Assembly: GCA_038231135.1 (NCBI GenBank)
Contig: JBBRLX010000006.1
Span: 1 to 64,000 of the forward strand
Length of the DNA: 64,000 bases
DNA from: Candidatus Eiseniibacteriota bacterium
GTDB taxonomy: Bacteria; Eisenbacteria; RBG-16-71-46
Direction: 5' to 3'
In this document: positions 1 through 9,545 of the stretch, in pieces
How the letters are laid out: the number at the start of each line of letters is the position of its first letter
Position numbering within the stretch: position 1 is the first letter of the stretch
The notes under the pieces: generated by a model
Told to the model about the DNA's origin: nothing
The model's database searches: none
What the model saw: the letters and a program-made list of their open reading frames with translations, nothing else
Translations under genes and position numbers: made by a program

Positions 1-98
1 CAACGGCGAGGAGACAGAAAGGGGCAGTTCAGTTCCAGACGAGTAGCGATCCAACGGCCGGGCTCGGCTGGAGGATCGCCATGCCCATACAAATCACG

Positions 99-671
99 TC
101 AACACGCACGCGTGCCAGTGTGAAACCGCGCTTGTTTGAGGACTAGCGGATCCGGAGACGCCAGTACCGCGCAATGATGATACGGCGGCGGCAGCTGCCG
201 GCAGCGCCAGGCCGCCATGAATCGCGCGAGCGCGAGCCGCCCGGGACGGGTATTGCCGAGCACGACCTCGTCGGCCTCGAATCCGAGCACGAGCGCCCAG
301 TGCGCCGACCACGCGGGACCCCCGAGCAGGCCCTGGTCGACGCACGCCGGCACCGGGATGCCGAGACTCACGTGCTGGCGGACGCGTTCGAGCGCCCGTT
401 CCGGGTGCGCACCGAACGGCCCGGAGTGGACGATCTCGGCGTGCAACCCGTGGGCACGCAACGCGGCCGCGATGCGACCGGCGCTGGTGCCGAGGCCGAA
501 CGGCACGTCGGGTCCGAACCGCGCGCTCACCGCGTCGATCGCGGCGCCGTCGTCGGGCGCCGCGCCGGACGTGAACGGACCGGCGCCAAACCGCGCGAGC
601 AGCGTGGCGACCGCGGCCTGCCCGCAGGTGTTCCAGTCGCGGTCGCGCCGGTTGGCGATCACGCGCACCAC
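99..671 (-). CDS. C39-like papain-fold cysteine peptidase (putative)
   Basis: N-terminal NTCGQAAVAT (candidate catalytic Cys) and later HWALVLG (candidate His); starts 1 nt after the epimerase stop. Confidence 0.6.
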   Translation of the reverse strand: MVRVIANRRDRDWNTCGQAAVATLLARFGAGPFTSGAAPDDGAAIDAVSARFGPDVPFGLGTSAGRIAAALRAHGLHAEIVHSGPFGAHPERALERVRQHVSLGIPVPACVDQGLLGGPAWSAHWALVLGFEADEVVLGNTRPGRLALARFMAAWRCRQLPPPYHHCAVLASPDPLVLKQARFHTGTRAC

Positions 672-672
672 G

Positions 673-1191
673 TCAGCCTGCGCGCGGCGGGTCCGTCCGC
701 GACTCGCTCAATTCCAGCAGCACGCCGCCCACGCTCTTCGGGTGCACGAACGCCACCCGCGAGCCGTGGGCGCCCGCCCGCGGCGTGTCGTCGATCAGCC
801 GCACACCGGTATCGCGGCAGCGCGCGAGCAGCGCGTCGAGATCGGCCACTTCGAGGCTCACGTGGTGCAGCCCCGGCCCGCGCGTGTCGAGGAACTTCGC
901 GACCGTGTGCTCGGGGGAGCGCGGCTCGAGCAGCTCGAACGTGACGGGCCCCAGGTGGACGAACAGCACGCGCAACGTGCCCTGGTCGAGCAACTCCTCC
1001 TCGCCGCGGGTGGCGCCGAGCGTCTGCTGGAACACGGTCGCCAGCGCGTCCGCGTCGCGCACCGCGATCGCGACGTGCGCGAGTGCGGTCACCCGGGCTG
1101 CGCCCGTTGGTTCACCGGCGCCACCGCCGTGACCGCCCGCCGCGCCCCCGAGCCCGCCGGCCTCGCCGCCGCTCCTGGGTTCCGCGCTCAC
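673..1191 (-). CDS. mce: Methylmalonyl-CoA epimerase (VOC fold)
   Basis: HVAIAV, ELLEP, GPGLHHVSLEV, GAHG..VAFVHPKS.GGVLLEL; GTG at 1191 overlaps the mutase stop, alternative GTG at 1092. Confidence 0.92.
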   Translation of the reverse strand: MSAEPRSGGEAGGLGGAAGGHGGGAGEPTGAARVTALAHVAIAVRDADALATVFQQTLGATRGEEELLDQGTLRVLFVHLGPVTFELLEPRSPEHTVAKFLDTRGPGLHHVSLEVADLDALLARCRDTGVRLIDDTPRAGAHGSRVAFVHPKSVGGVLLELSESRTDPPRAG

Positions 1192-2921
1192 GCCGGCCGC
1201 CCCGCGTCGTAGACGCCGAACACGCCGCGCAGGGTGTCGCACACCTCGCCCAGCGTCGCCCCGGCCTCGAGCGACTCGAGGATCGGCGGCACCAGGTTCG
1301 CGTCGCCGCGCGCCGACGCGTCGAGGCGCGCGATCGCCCGGTCGACGCCGTCCTGCGCCCGCCGCGCCCGCCAGCCGGCGAGGAACGCCACGCGCTCCGC
1401 CTCGACGTCGCCGCCGGGCACGAACGGCGGCGGCGTCGCGGGCGCCCCGTCGGCGTGCGCGTTCACGCCCACCACCACGCGGGTGCCGGCCTCGACTTCG
1501 CGGTGCCAGCGATACGCCGCGTCGTGGATCTGCGCCTGCACGAAGCCGGTGCGGATCGCGTTCAGCATGCCGCCCATGGCATCGACCTGCGCGAGCAGCG
1601 TTCGCGCCGCCGCCGCCAGTTCCGCGGTGAGCGCTTCCACGAAGTACGAGCCGGCGAGCGGGTCCACGGTGTCGGTCACGCCGCTCTCGTGTGCGAGGAT
1701 CTGCTGGGTGCGCAGCGCCAGCGTCGCCGACTCGGCGCCCGGCAGGCCCAGCGCCTCGTCGTAGCCGTTCGTGTGCAGTGACTGCGTGCCCCCCAGCACC
1801 GCCGCGAGCGCCTGCACCGTGACCCGCACCACGTTGTTGAGCGGCTGCTGCGCCGTGAGCGTCGAGCCCGCGGTCTGGGTGTGGAACCGCAGCTTGAGCG
1901 CCTCGTGGTCGGTGATGCCGAAGCGCTCCGCCAGCAATTCGGCCCACAACAGCCGCGCGGCGCGGAACTTCGCCACCTCCTCGAACAGATGGTTGTGGCC
2001 GTTGAAGAAGAACGACATGCGGCGGGCGATCGGCACCGGGTCGAGCCCGCGCGCGCGCGCCGCCTCGAGATACGCGACGCCGTTGCCGAGCGTGAACGCC
2101 AGCTCCTGCACGGCCGTCGAGCCGGCCTCGCGCATGTGGTAGCCGCTCACCGAGATCGTGTTCCACAGCGGCACCTCGCGCGTGGCGAACTCGAACACAT
2201 CGGTGATCAGCCGCAGCGACGCCTCGGGCGGGTAGATGTACGTGCCGCGCGCCGCGTACTCCTTGAGCACGTCGTTCTGGATCGTGCCGCCGAGCATCGC
2301 CCGCGGGATGCCGCGCGCGTCGGCCACGGCGATGTAGAGCGCGAGCAGCAAGGGGGCGGTGGCGTTGATCGTCATCGACGTGGTCACGCGATCGAGCGGC
2401 AGCCCGTCGAGCAACTGGTCCATGTCGGCAAGGCACGAAATCGCGACGCCGGCCCGGCCCACTTCGCCGCGCGCCCGCGGATGATCCGAGTCGTAGCCCA
2501 TCTGGGTCGGCAGATCGAACGCCACCGACAGCCCGGTCTGGCCCTGCGCCAGCAGGAACCGGAACCGCTCGTTCGTGGCGCGCGCGGTGTCGAAGCCCGC
2601 GTACTGGCGCATCGTCCACAGCCGCGATCGGTACATGGCGGGGTGGATGCCGCGGACATAGGGCGGCTCGCCCGGGGGTGCCGCGCCGGCGGCCGCGGGC
2701 GGCACGTCCGCTGCGTAATACACCGGTCGCACCTCGAGCCACGACGGGGTATACCGCGGCGGCACGTCCGGCTGGGGCGGCGGCGTGGCGGCCCGGGACG
2801 AGCGCGCGCGCGCCGTTGCAGCGGGCGCCGCGCTGGCGCCGGAGCGCCGCGGCGCTACCGGACGCACCGCCGCCGCGGCGCGCGTTCGCGAACGCGCGGC
2901 CTTTCGCGTGCCGCGCTTCAC
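1188..2921 (-). CDS. Methylmalonyl-CoA mutase, substrate-binding (N-terminal-domain) subunit
   Basis: RLWTMRQYAGF, GLSVAFDLPTQMGYDSD, GTIQND, SGYHMREAG, GGTQSLHTN; no B12-binding DxHxxG domain. Confidence 0.93.
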   Translation of the reverse strand: MKRGTRKAARSRTRAAAAVRPVAPRRSGASAAPAATARARSSRAATPPPQPDVPPRYTPSWLEVRPVYYAADVPPAAAGAAPPGEPPYVRGIHPAMYRSRLWTMRQYAGFDTARATNERFRFLLAQGQTGLSVAFDLPTQMGYDSDHPRARGEVGRAGVAISCLADMDQLLDGLPLDRVTTSMTINATAPLLLALYIAVADARGIPRAMLGGTIQNDVLKEYAARGTYIYPPEASLRLITDVFEFATREVPLWNTISVSGYHMREAGSTAVQELAFTLGNGVAYLEAARARGLDPVPIARRMSFFFNGHNHLFEEVAKFRAARLLWAELLAERFGITDHEALKLRFHTQTAGSTLTAQQPLNNVVRVTVQALAAVLGGTQSLHTNGYDEALGLPGAESATLALRTQQILAHESGVTDTVDPLAGSYFVEALTAELAAAARTLLAQVDAMGGMLNAIRTGFVQAQIHDAAYRWHREVEAGTRVVVGVNAHADGAPATPPPFVPGGDVEAERVAFLAGWRARRAQDGVDRAIARLDASARGDANLVPPILESLEAGATLGEVCDTLRGVFGVYDAGRPA

Positions 2922-3430
2922 GGCGCCGCCTTGAGCCGCACCAGCGGCTGGCCCGCGGCGACGGGCGCGCGCTCGGCCACCAGGATCTCGGACACCACGC
3001 CGCCACGCCGCGCGGCGAGTTCGTTCTGCATCTTCATCGCCTCCACGACCACCACCGCCTGACCCGGGGCCACGAGGTCGCCGGCCTTCACGCGGAACGC
3101 CACCACCACGCCCGGCATCGGCGCCGCGATCGTCTCGCCGCCGGCCACGGCGGCGCGCGTCATCGACTTGATCAATCGCTCGATCGGCCGCCGCACCTCG
3201 ACCGGCAGCACGTCACCATGCACCGACACGTCGAGGCCGCCGCCCGGGTTCGGAGCGATCCGCACCTCGTGCGAGCGCCCGTTCACGAGCAGCGAGTACA
3301 CCTCGCCATCGGGCAGCGGATGGAAGTCGGCCTCGAGCTCGCGGCCGTCGACCAGGATCCGCACGACGTCCCCGTCGGTGCGGAACTCCACGTCGGCATC
3401 GCGGCCCTCGAGCGTGATCCACAGCTTCAT
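2918..3430 (-). CDS. Biotin carboxyl carrier protein of an acyl-CoA carboxylase
   Basis: APMPG and EAMKMQN biotinylation motif; ATG at 3430 overlaps the carboxylase stop. Confidence 0.92.
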   Translation of the reverse strand: MKLWITLEGRDADVEFRTDGDVVRILVDGRELEADFHPLPDGEVYSLLVNGRSHEVRIAPNPGGGLDVSVHGDVLPVEVRRPIERLIKSMTRAAVAGGETIAAPMPGVVVAFRVKAGDLVAPGQAVVVVEAMKMQNELAARRGGVVSEILVAERAPVAAGQPLVRLKAAP

Positions 3431-4941
3431 CCGCGCGTCCTGCCGGGCGCGCGCCCGGCTGAGGCCCAGCGCCACGCCGAGGGCGTGCCGCCGGTGCCGT
3501 CCGGCAGCACGACGCGCTCGCGGTCCTGGCGCTCGTGCAGCGCGGCGGCGATCAGCGCGACGTCGGCGGCTGCCGCGCCGGGCGCGAGGTGTGCGGGGTC
3601 GAAGTGCTCGTCGAGGAACCGCGTGCTGAGCCGGCCCGCGATGAACTCCGGATGCCGGACCAGCCAGCGGTGAAAGCCGATGTTCGTCCTCACGCCGTCG
3701 AGCACGAACTCGTCCAGCGCTCGCGCCAGCCGCCGGCGCGCCTGCTCGCGATCGCTGCCCCACACCACCAGCTTGCCCAGCAGGGAGTCGTAGAACAGCG
3801 GCACTTCGTAGCCGCGATAGACGCCGGCGTCGTTGCGCACGCCGGGGCCCTGCGGAAATCGCACGCGCTCGATGCGGCCCGGCGACGGCATGAAGTTCGC
3901 CGCCGGGTCCTCGGCGATGATGCGGGCCTCCATCGACCAGCCGCGCGGCTCGGGCGGGGCTCCGCCCGCGAACAGCGGGCCGCCCTCGGCGATGCGCACC
4001 TGCTCCGCGACCAGGTCCAGCCCCGTCACCATCTCGGTGACCGGGTGCTCGACCTGGAGCCGGGTGTTCACCTCGAGGAAGTAGAACGCGCCCGACTCGT
4101 CGGCGATGAACTCGACCGTGCCGGCGTTGAGATACCCCACGCTCGCGGCCACGCGGCACGCGGCGTCGGCGAGCGCTGCGCGCTGAGCGGGGTCGAGCGC
4201 CGGCGACGGGGTCTCCTCGAGCAGCTTCTGGTGGCGGCGCTGCACCGAGCATTCGCGCTCGCCGAGGCACACCACCCGTCCCGACGCGTCGGCGAGGATC
4301 TGCGCCTCGATGTGGCGCGGCCGCTCGATCGCCCGCTCGACGTACACGCGATCGTCGCCGAACGCCGCCAGCGCCTCGCCGCGCACCAGCGGCCACGCGG
4401 AGTCGAGCTCCGCGGCGCTCCGCACCACGCGCATGCCCTTGCCGCCGCCGCCGGCCGCGGCCTTGAGCATGAGCGGAAAGCCCAGGTCGCGCGCCAGCGC
4501 GCGCGCCGCGTCGAGGGTGTCGAGCGGTCCCGTCGATCCCGGCACCAGCGGCACGCCGGCGCGGGCGGCCACCGCGCGGGCCGCGAGCTTGTCGCCGAGC
4601 GCCGCGATGGTCTCGGGCCGGGGGCCGATGAACGTGATGCCGGCCTCGGCACAGGCGGTGGCGAACCCGGCGTTCTCGGCGAAGAACCCGTAACCCGGAT
4701 GGATCGCGTCGGCGCCCACCCGCACCGCGGTTTCGATCACCCGTTCGAGGTTGAGGTAGCTGTCGCGCGAGGGCCCGGGGCCGATCGCGTACGCCTCGTC
4801 CGCCAGCAGCACGTGCAGCGCCGTCCGGTCGGGGGTGCTGAACACCGCGATCGACGTGATGTCGAGTTCGCGCAACGTGCGGATCACCCGCACCGCGATC
4901 TCCCCGCGATTCGCGATCAGCACCCGGCGGAGGCGCTTCAC
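3427..4941 (-). CDS. Biotin carboxylase subunit (acetyl/propionyl-CoA carboxylase)
   Basis: VLIANRGEIAVR, IHPGYGF, GGGGKGMR, RECSVQRRHQK, EVNTRLQVEHPVTE. Confidence 0.95.
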   Translation of the reverse strand: MKRLRRVLIANRGEIAVRVIRTLRELDITSIAVFSTPDRTALHVLLADEAYAIGPGPSRDSYLNLERVIETAVRVGADAIHPGYGFFAENAGFATACAEAGITFIGPRPETIAALGDKLAARAVAARAGVPLVPGSTGPLDTLDAARALARDLGFPLMLKAAAGGGGKGMRVVRSAAELDSAWPLVRGEALAAFGDDRVYVERAIERPRHIEAQILADASGRVVCLGERECSVQRRHQKLLEETPSPALDPAQRAALADAACRVAASVGYLNAGTVEFIADESGAFYFLEVNTRLQVEHPVTEMVTGLDLVAEQVRIAEGGPLFAGGAPPEPRGWSMEARIIAEDPAANFMPSPGRIERVRFPQGPGVRNDAGVYRGYEVPLFYDSLLGKLVVWGSDREQARRRLARALDEFVLDGVRTNIGFHRWLVRHPEFIAGRLSTRFLDEHFDPAHLAPGAAAADVALIAAALHERQDRERVVLPDGTGGTPSAWRWASAGRAPGRTRG

Positions 4942-4943
4942 GA

Positions 4944-5324
4944 TCAATCCTCGATCACCACGCACGCGATGGCGAGCCCGCCGTCGTGCGTGAGCGACAG
5001 GTGCGAGCCGCGGCAGCCCAGTTGATCGAACCGCTCGCGGGCGATGCCGTGGAACTCCAGCCGGGGCTGGTGGCCGCCCGGCTGCAGGACTTCGAACTGT
5101 TTGAATCCGATGCCGCCGCTCATGCCGGTGCCGATCGCCTTCGACGCCGCCTCCTTGGCCGCGAACCGGGCCGCCAGGTGCGGCAGCGGATCCTTGTGAG
5201 TGCGGCAGTAGGCGAGCTCGGCGTCCGTGAACAGGCGGCGCTCCATGCGCTCGCCGAAGCGCTCCAGCGCCTCGACCAGCCGCTTCACCTGAACCACGTC
5301 GATACCGATGCCGCGGACCGCCAA
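4944..5324 (-). CDS. acpS: Holo-[acyl-carrier-protein] synthase
   Basis: GIGIDVV, LAARFAAKEA, SLTHD; TTG start after a GAAGGGG ribosome-binding site. Confidence 0.92.
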   Translation of the reverse strand: MAVRGIGIDVVQVKRLVEALERFGERMERRLFTDAELAYCRTHKDPLPHLAARFAAKEAASKAIGTGMSGGIGFKQFEVLQPGGHQPRLEFHGIARERFDQLGCRGSHLSLTHDGGLAIACVVIED

Positions 5325-5536
5325 GCGGGCCCCCTTCGCGGCAAGGCCGCCGGGACATGGCCCGCGGGCCGGAACGCCGGGCGCGGAGCCGAATCGGTGA
5401 GGGTGCGAGCCGACGAATCTAGGGAGGGTGGCAGGGGGGGTCAAGGCCACGCTGGCGAACGAGCGCCCGTGATGTATGCTGGACCCATCGTTGCGCCGCG
5501 ACTGACTGCGCCCCCATTCCAACCGGAACCCATTGC

Positions 5537-6220
5537 ATGCCCGTTCTGCATCCATCGCGAGGCCGTGTCGTACCCGTTGTGATGCTCCTGATCCTCCTGA
5601 TCGGGGCCTGTGGGAAGTCGTCCAAGAAGTCGACCGAGCCGGAGGTTCCGGTGGCGCCGACGCCGAATTCACCGCAAAACGCGCTCGCGCTGCTGGTGTA
5701 TTCGTGGGAGCAGCGCTCCCCCGCGGCGTACAAGACCGTGTTCACCGAGGATTACCTGTTCGATTTCGCTCCCTCCGATTCGATGGGTGCTGCGGTGGTC
5801 GACCGGACCGAGGAGCTGGCGGTTGCGAACAATCTGTTCGTCACGGGCAGGCCGGGGCATCCGGTCGCGACCTCGATCTACTTCAAGCTCGATCCCAGCC
5901 TGATCGTGGTCGCCGACGATCGGCCCGGCCACCTGGCACGCTGGCACAAGCGCATCACATCGAACGTCCGCGTGAACGTCAACAGCACCGGCCCCGACTA
6001 TTCGGTGCTGGACCACGCGGTGTTCTACGTCACCCGCGGCGACTCGGCGCACATTCCGGCCGACCTGATCGCCGCCGGAGCCACACCCGATTCCACGCGG
6101 TGGTACGTGGACCACTGGACCGACGACACGTTCTGTCCGGACACCAAGTCCTGCTCGACGATCGGCAAGATCAAGATCGCCTACGCGGACACGACGCTGG
6201 CCGCCGAACGCCGGCGCTGA
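5537..6220 (+). CDS. Hypothetical lipoprotein
   Basis: Hydrophobic signal followed by LIGAC lipobox; host-like codon usage; start uncertain. Confidence 0.7.
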   Translation: MPVLHPSRGRVVPVVMLLILLIGACGKSSKKSTEPEVPVAPTPNSPQNALALLVYSWEQRSPAAYKTVFTEDYLFDFAPSDSMGAAVVDRTEELAVANNLFVTGRPGHPVATSIYFKLDPSLIVVADDRPGHLARWHKRITSNVRVNVNSTGPDYSVLDHAVFYVTRGDSAHIPADLIAAGATPDSTRWYVDHWTDDTFCPDTKSCSTIGKIKIAYADTTLAAERRR

Positions 6221-6227
6221 CGCTTGA

Positions 6228-7430
<1,203 letters not shown>

Positions 7431-7532
7431 GCCGGGACCGCGCGCAGCACCGCCGGCCTGAGCCAGGCCGGCGCACGATGCGATGGTCGGGACCGCGACG
7501 GTCCATCACTCAACTCGAGGAGATTCGAACCG

Positions 7533-7853
7533 ATGGATGCATTCGCCCAGACGGGCGCCGCGGCCGGGGCGCCGAACCCCACGATCGCCGTGCTGCTCCA
7601 GTTCCTGCAGTTCGTGCCGATCTTCCTGATCATCTACTTCCTGCTGATCCGCCCCCAGCAGCAGCGGCAGAAGACGCTCGACCAGATGCTCAAGAGCCTG
7701 AAGAAGGGCGATCGCGTGGTGACCACGGGCGGCATCATCGGCACCGTGATCGGGCTCGAGGACACGAAGGCCGTGCTGCGTATCGCCGAGGACACGAAGG
7801 TCGAATTCACCAAGGCGTCGATCGTCCAGGTGCTCGCGGGAGACGCGAAGTGA
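7533..7853 (+). CDS. yajC: Preprotein translocase subunit YajC
   Basis: TM segment, YFLLIRPQ, LKKGDRVVTTGGIIG; follows tgt. Confidence 0.95.
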   Translation: MDAFAQTGAAAGAPNPTIAVLLQFLQFVPIFLIIYFLLIRPQQQRQKTLDQMLKSLKKGDRVVTTGGIIGTVIGLEDTKAVLRIAEDTKVEFTKASIVQVLAGDAK

Positions 7854-7962
7854 GGTTTGCAGCCGGCCGCTCGAACCCGGGACGGGTCGCCCCCGGACCG
7901 TGCCACGCCCGCCCGGCGGATTCGTGCGGGCGCCGCGAGCCGACCCGGGAGGCGCGCGACTG

Positions 7963-8499
7963 ATGGCGGTGCGTCCCGTCCGCATCTTCGGCGACCCGGT
8001 GCTGCGCCAGAAGGCGCAGCCGGTGGTCGAATTCGACCCCGCGCTGCGCGAGTTCATCGCCGACCTGCGTGAGACGATGGCGGCCTACGAGGGCGTGGGA
8101 CTCGCCGCGAACCAGGTGGGCGTCGCCTCGCGCGTGCTGGTGGTGGACGTCCCGCTCGACGACGGCGCGCGCGCGCAACTCGCGCTGGTGAATCCGGTGA
8201 TCACGCAGCGCGCCGGCTCCGAGACCGGCGAGGAGGGCTGCCTGTCGATTCCCGGGGTGTACGAGGACGTCGCGCGCGCGACCACGCTCACGATCCAGGC
8301 CCAGGACGAGCGCGGGGCGCCGGTCGAGTACGAAGCCGAAGGCTTCCTGGCGCGGGCGCTGCAGCACGAAGTGGATCATCTGGACGGCGTGCTGTTCGTC
8401 GATCGCCTGTCGCCGCTCAAGCGGCAGTTCCTGCGCAAGTCGCTCGAAGCGCTCGCGCGTGGCGAGCTGCCCGAAGGCCATCGCGGCCCGGGCCGCTAA
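7963..8499 (+). CDS. def: Peptide deformylase
   Basis: GVGLAANQVG, EGCLS, QHEVDHLDG. Confidence 0.96.
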   Translation: MAVRPVRIFGDPVLRQKAQPVVEFDPALREFIADLRETMAAYEGVGLAANQVGVASRVLVVDVPLDDGARAQLALVNPVITQRAGSETGEEGCLSIPGVYEDVARATTLTIQAQDERGAPVEYEAEGFLARALQHEVDHLDGVLFVDRLSPLKRQFLRKSLEALARGELPEGHRGPGR

Positions 8500-8585
8500 G
8501 GGAGCCCCAAGGAACCCATCGTGTCGAAACGCTCTCGCACGCCTGGCGCGTGCCCGCCGGCGCCCACCGTCCTCGCGGGCCGGTC

Positions 8586-9545
8586 GTGACGGTCCGTCCG
8601 CGCGTCGTGTTCATGGGCACGCCCGAATTCGCGGTGCCGTCGCTGCGCGCGGTGGCCGCGCGCTGCGAGCTGGTCCTGGTGGTGACGCAGCCCGACCGCC
8701 CGCGCGGGCGCGGGCGGAAACTGGCGGCATCGGAAGTGGCGGAGGCCGCGGAGGAGCTGGGATTGCACGTGATGAAACCCGACACCCTGAAGGCCCCGGC
8801 GCTGCGTGCCGAAGTCGCGGCGTTGCGGCCCGATCTGATCGCGGTGGTGGCGTTCGGCGCGATCCTGAGCGCCGAATGGCTCGCGGTGCCACGGCTGGGC
8901 GCCATCAATCTGCATGGTTCGCTGCTGCCGGACTATCGCGGCGCGTCGCCGGTGCAGCGCGCGCTGTGGGACGGCAGGAACGGCAGCGGCGCGACGACGC
9001 TGTGGATGGACGAGGGCATCGACACCGGCGACCTGATCCTGCAGCGCTGGACCGCGATCGAAGCCGCGGACACGGCGGACACGCTGGCCGCGCGGATCGC
9101 CGCGATCGGGGCGCCGCTGCTGGCGGACAGCCTGCTGCTCGCGGCCCGCGGTGAGGCGCCGCGACGGCAGCAGCCGCGCGACGGCTCGTACGCGAGGAAG
9201 CTGGCGAAGCACGACGGGCGCGTGGATTTCGGCGTGGATGCGGTGACGGTGTGGAACCGCCAGCGCGCGGTGACGCCGTGGCCGGGAGCCACCACGGGAT
9301 TCCAGGGCCGCGGGCTGCTGATTCTGGAATGCCGGCCGCACGACATGCTGCCGGCGGCCGCGGCGCCGGGCACGGTGACGGAACTCGGACGTGACGGCGT
9401 GACGGTGGCCTGCGGCACGGGAGCCGTGACGGTGCTGCGCGTGAAGCCCGACGGGCGGAGCGCGATGGATGCGATGGCTTGGGCGCGCGGAGTGCGCGTC
9501 GTACCGGGGAATCGACTGGAATGCAACGAGGAGGCAGCAACGTGA
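8586..9545 (+). CDS. fmt: Methionyl-tRNA formyltransferase
   Basis: FMGTPEFA, VVTQPDRP.GRG, NLHGSLLP.YRGASP, DTGD. Confidence 0.96.
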   Translation: MTVRPRVVFMGTPEFAVPSLRAVAARCELVLVVTQPDRPRGRGRKLAASEVAEAAEELGLHVMKPDTLKAPALRAEVAALRPDLIAVVAFGAILSAEWLAVPRLGAINLHGSLLPDYRGASPVQRALWDGRNGSGATTLWMDEGIDTGDLILQRWTAIEAADTADTLAARIAAIGAPLLADSLLLAARGEAPRRQQPRDGSYARKLAKHDGRVDFGVDAVTVWNRQRAVTPWPGATTGFQGRGLLILECRPHDMLPAAAAPGTVTELGRDGVTVACGTGAVTVLRVKPDGRSAMDAMAWARGVRVVPGNRLECNEEAAT

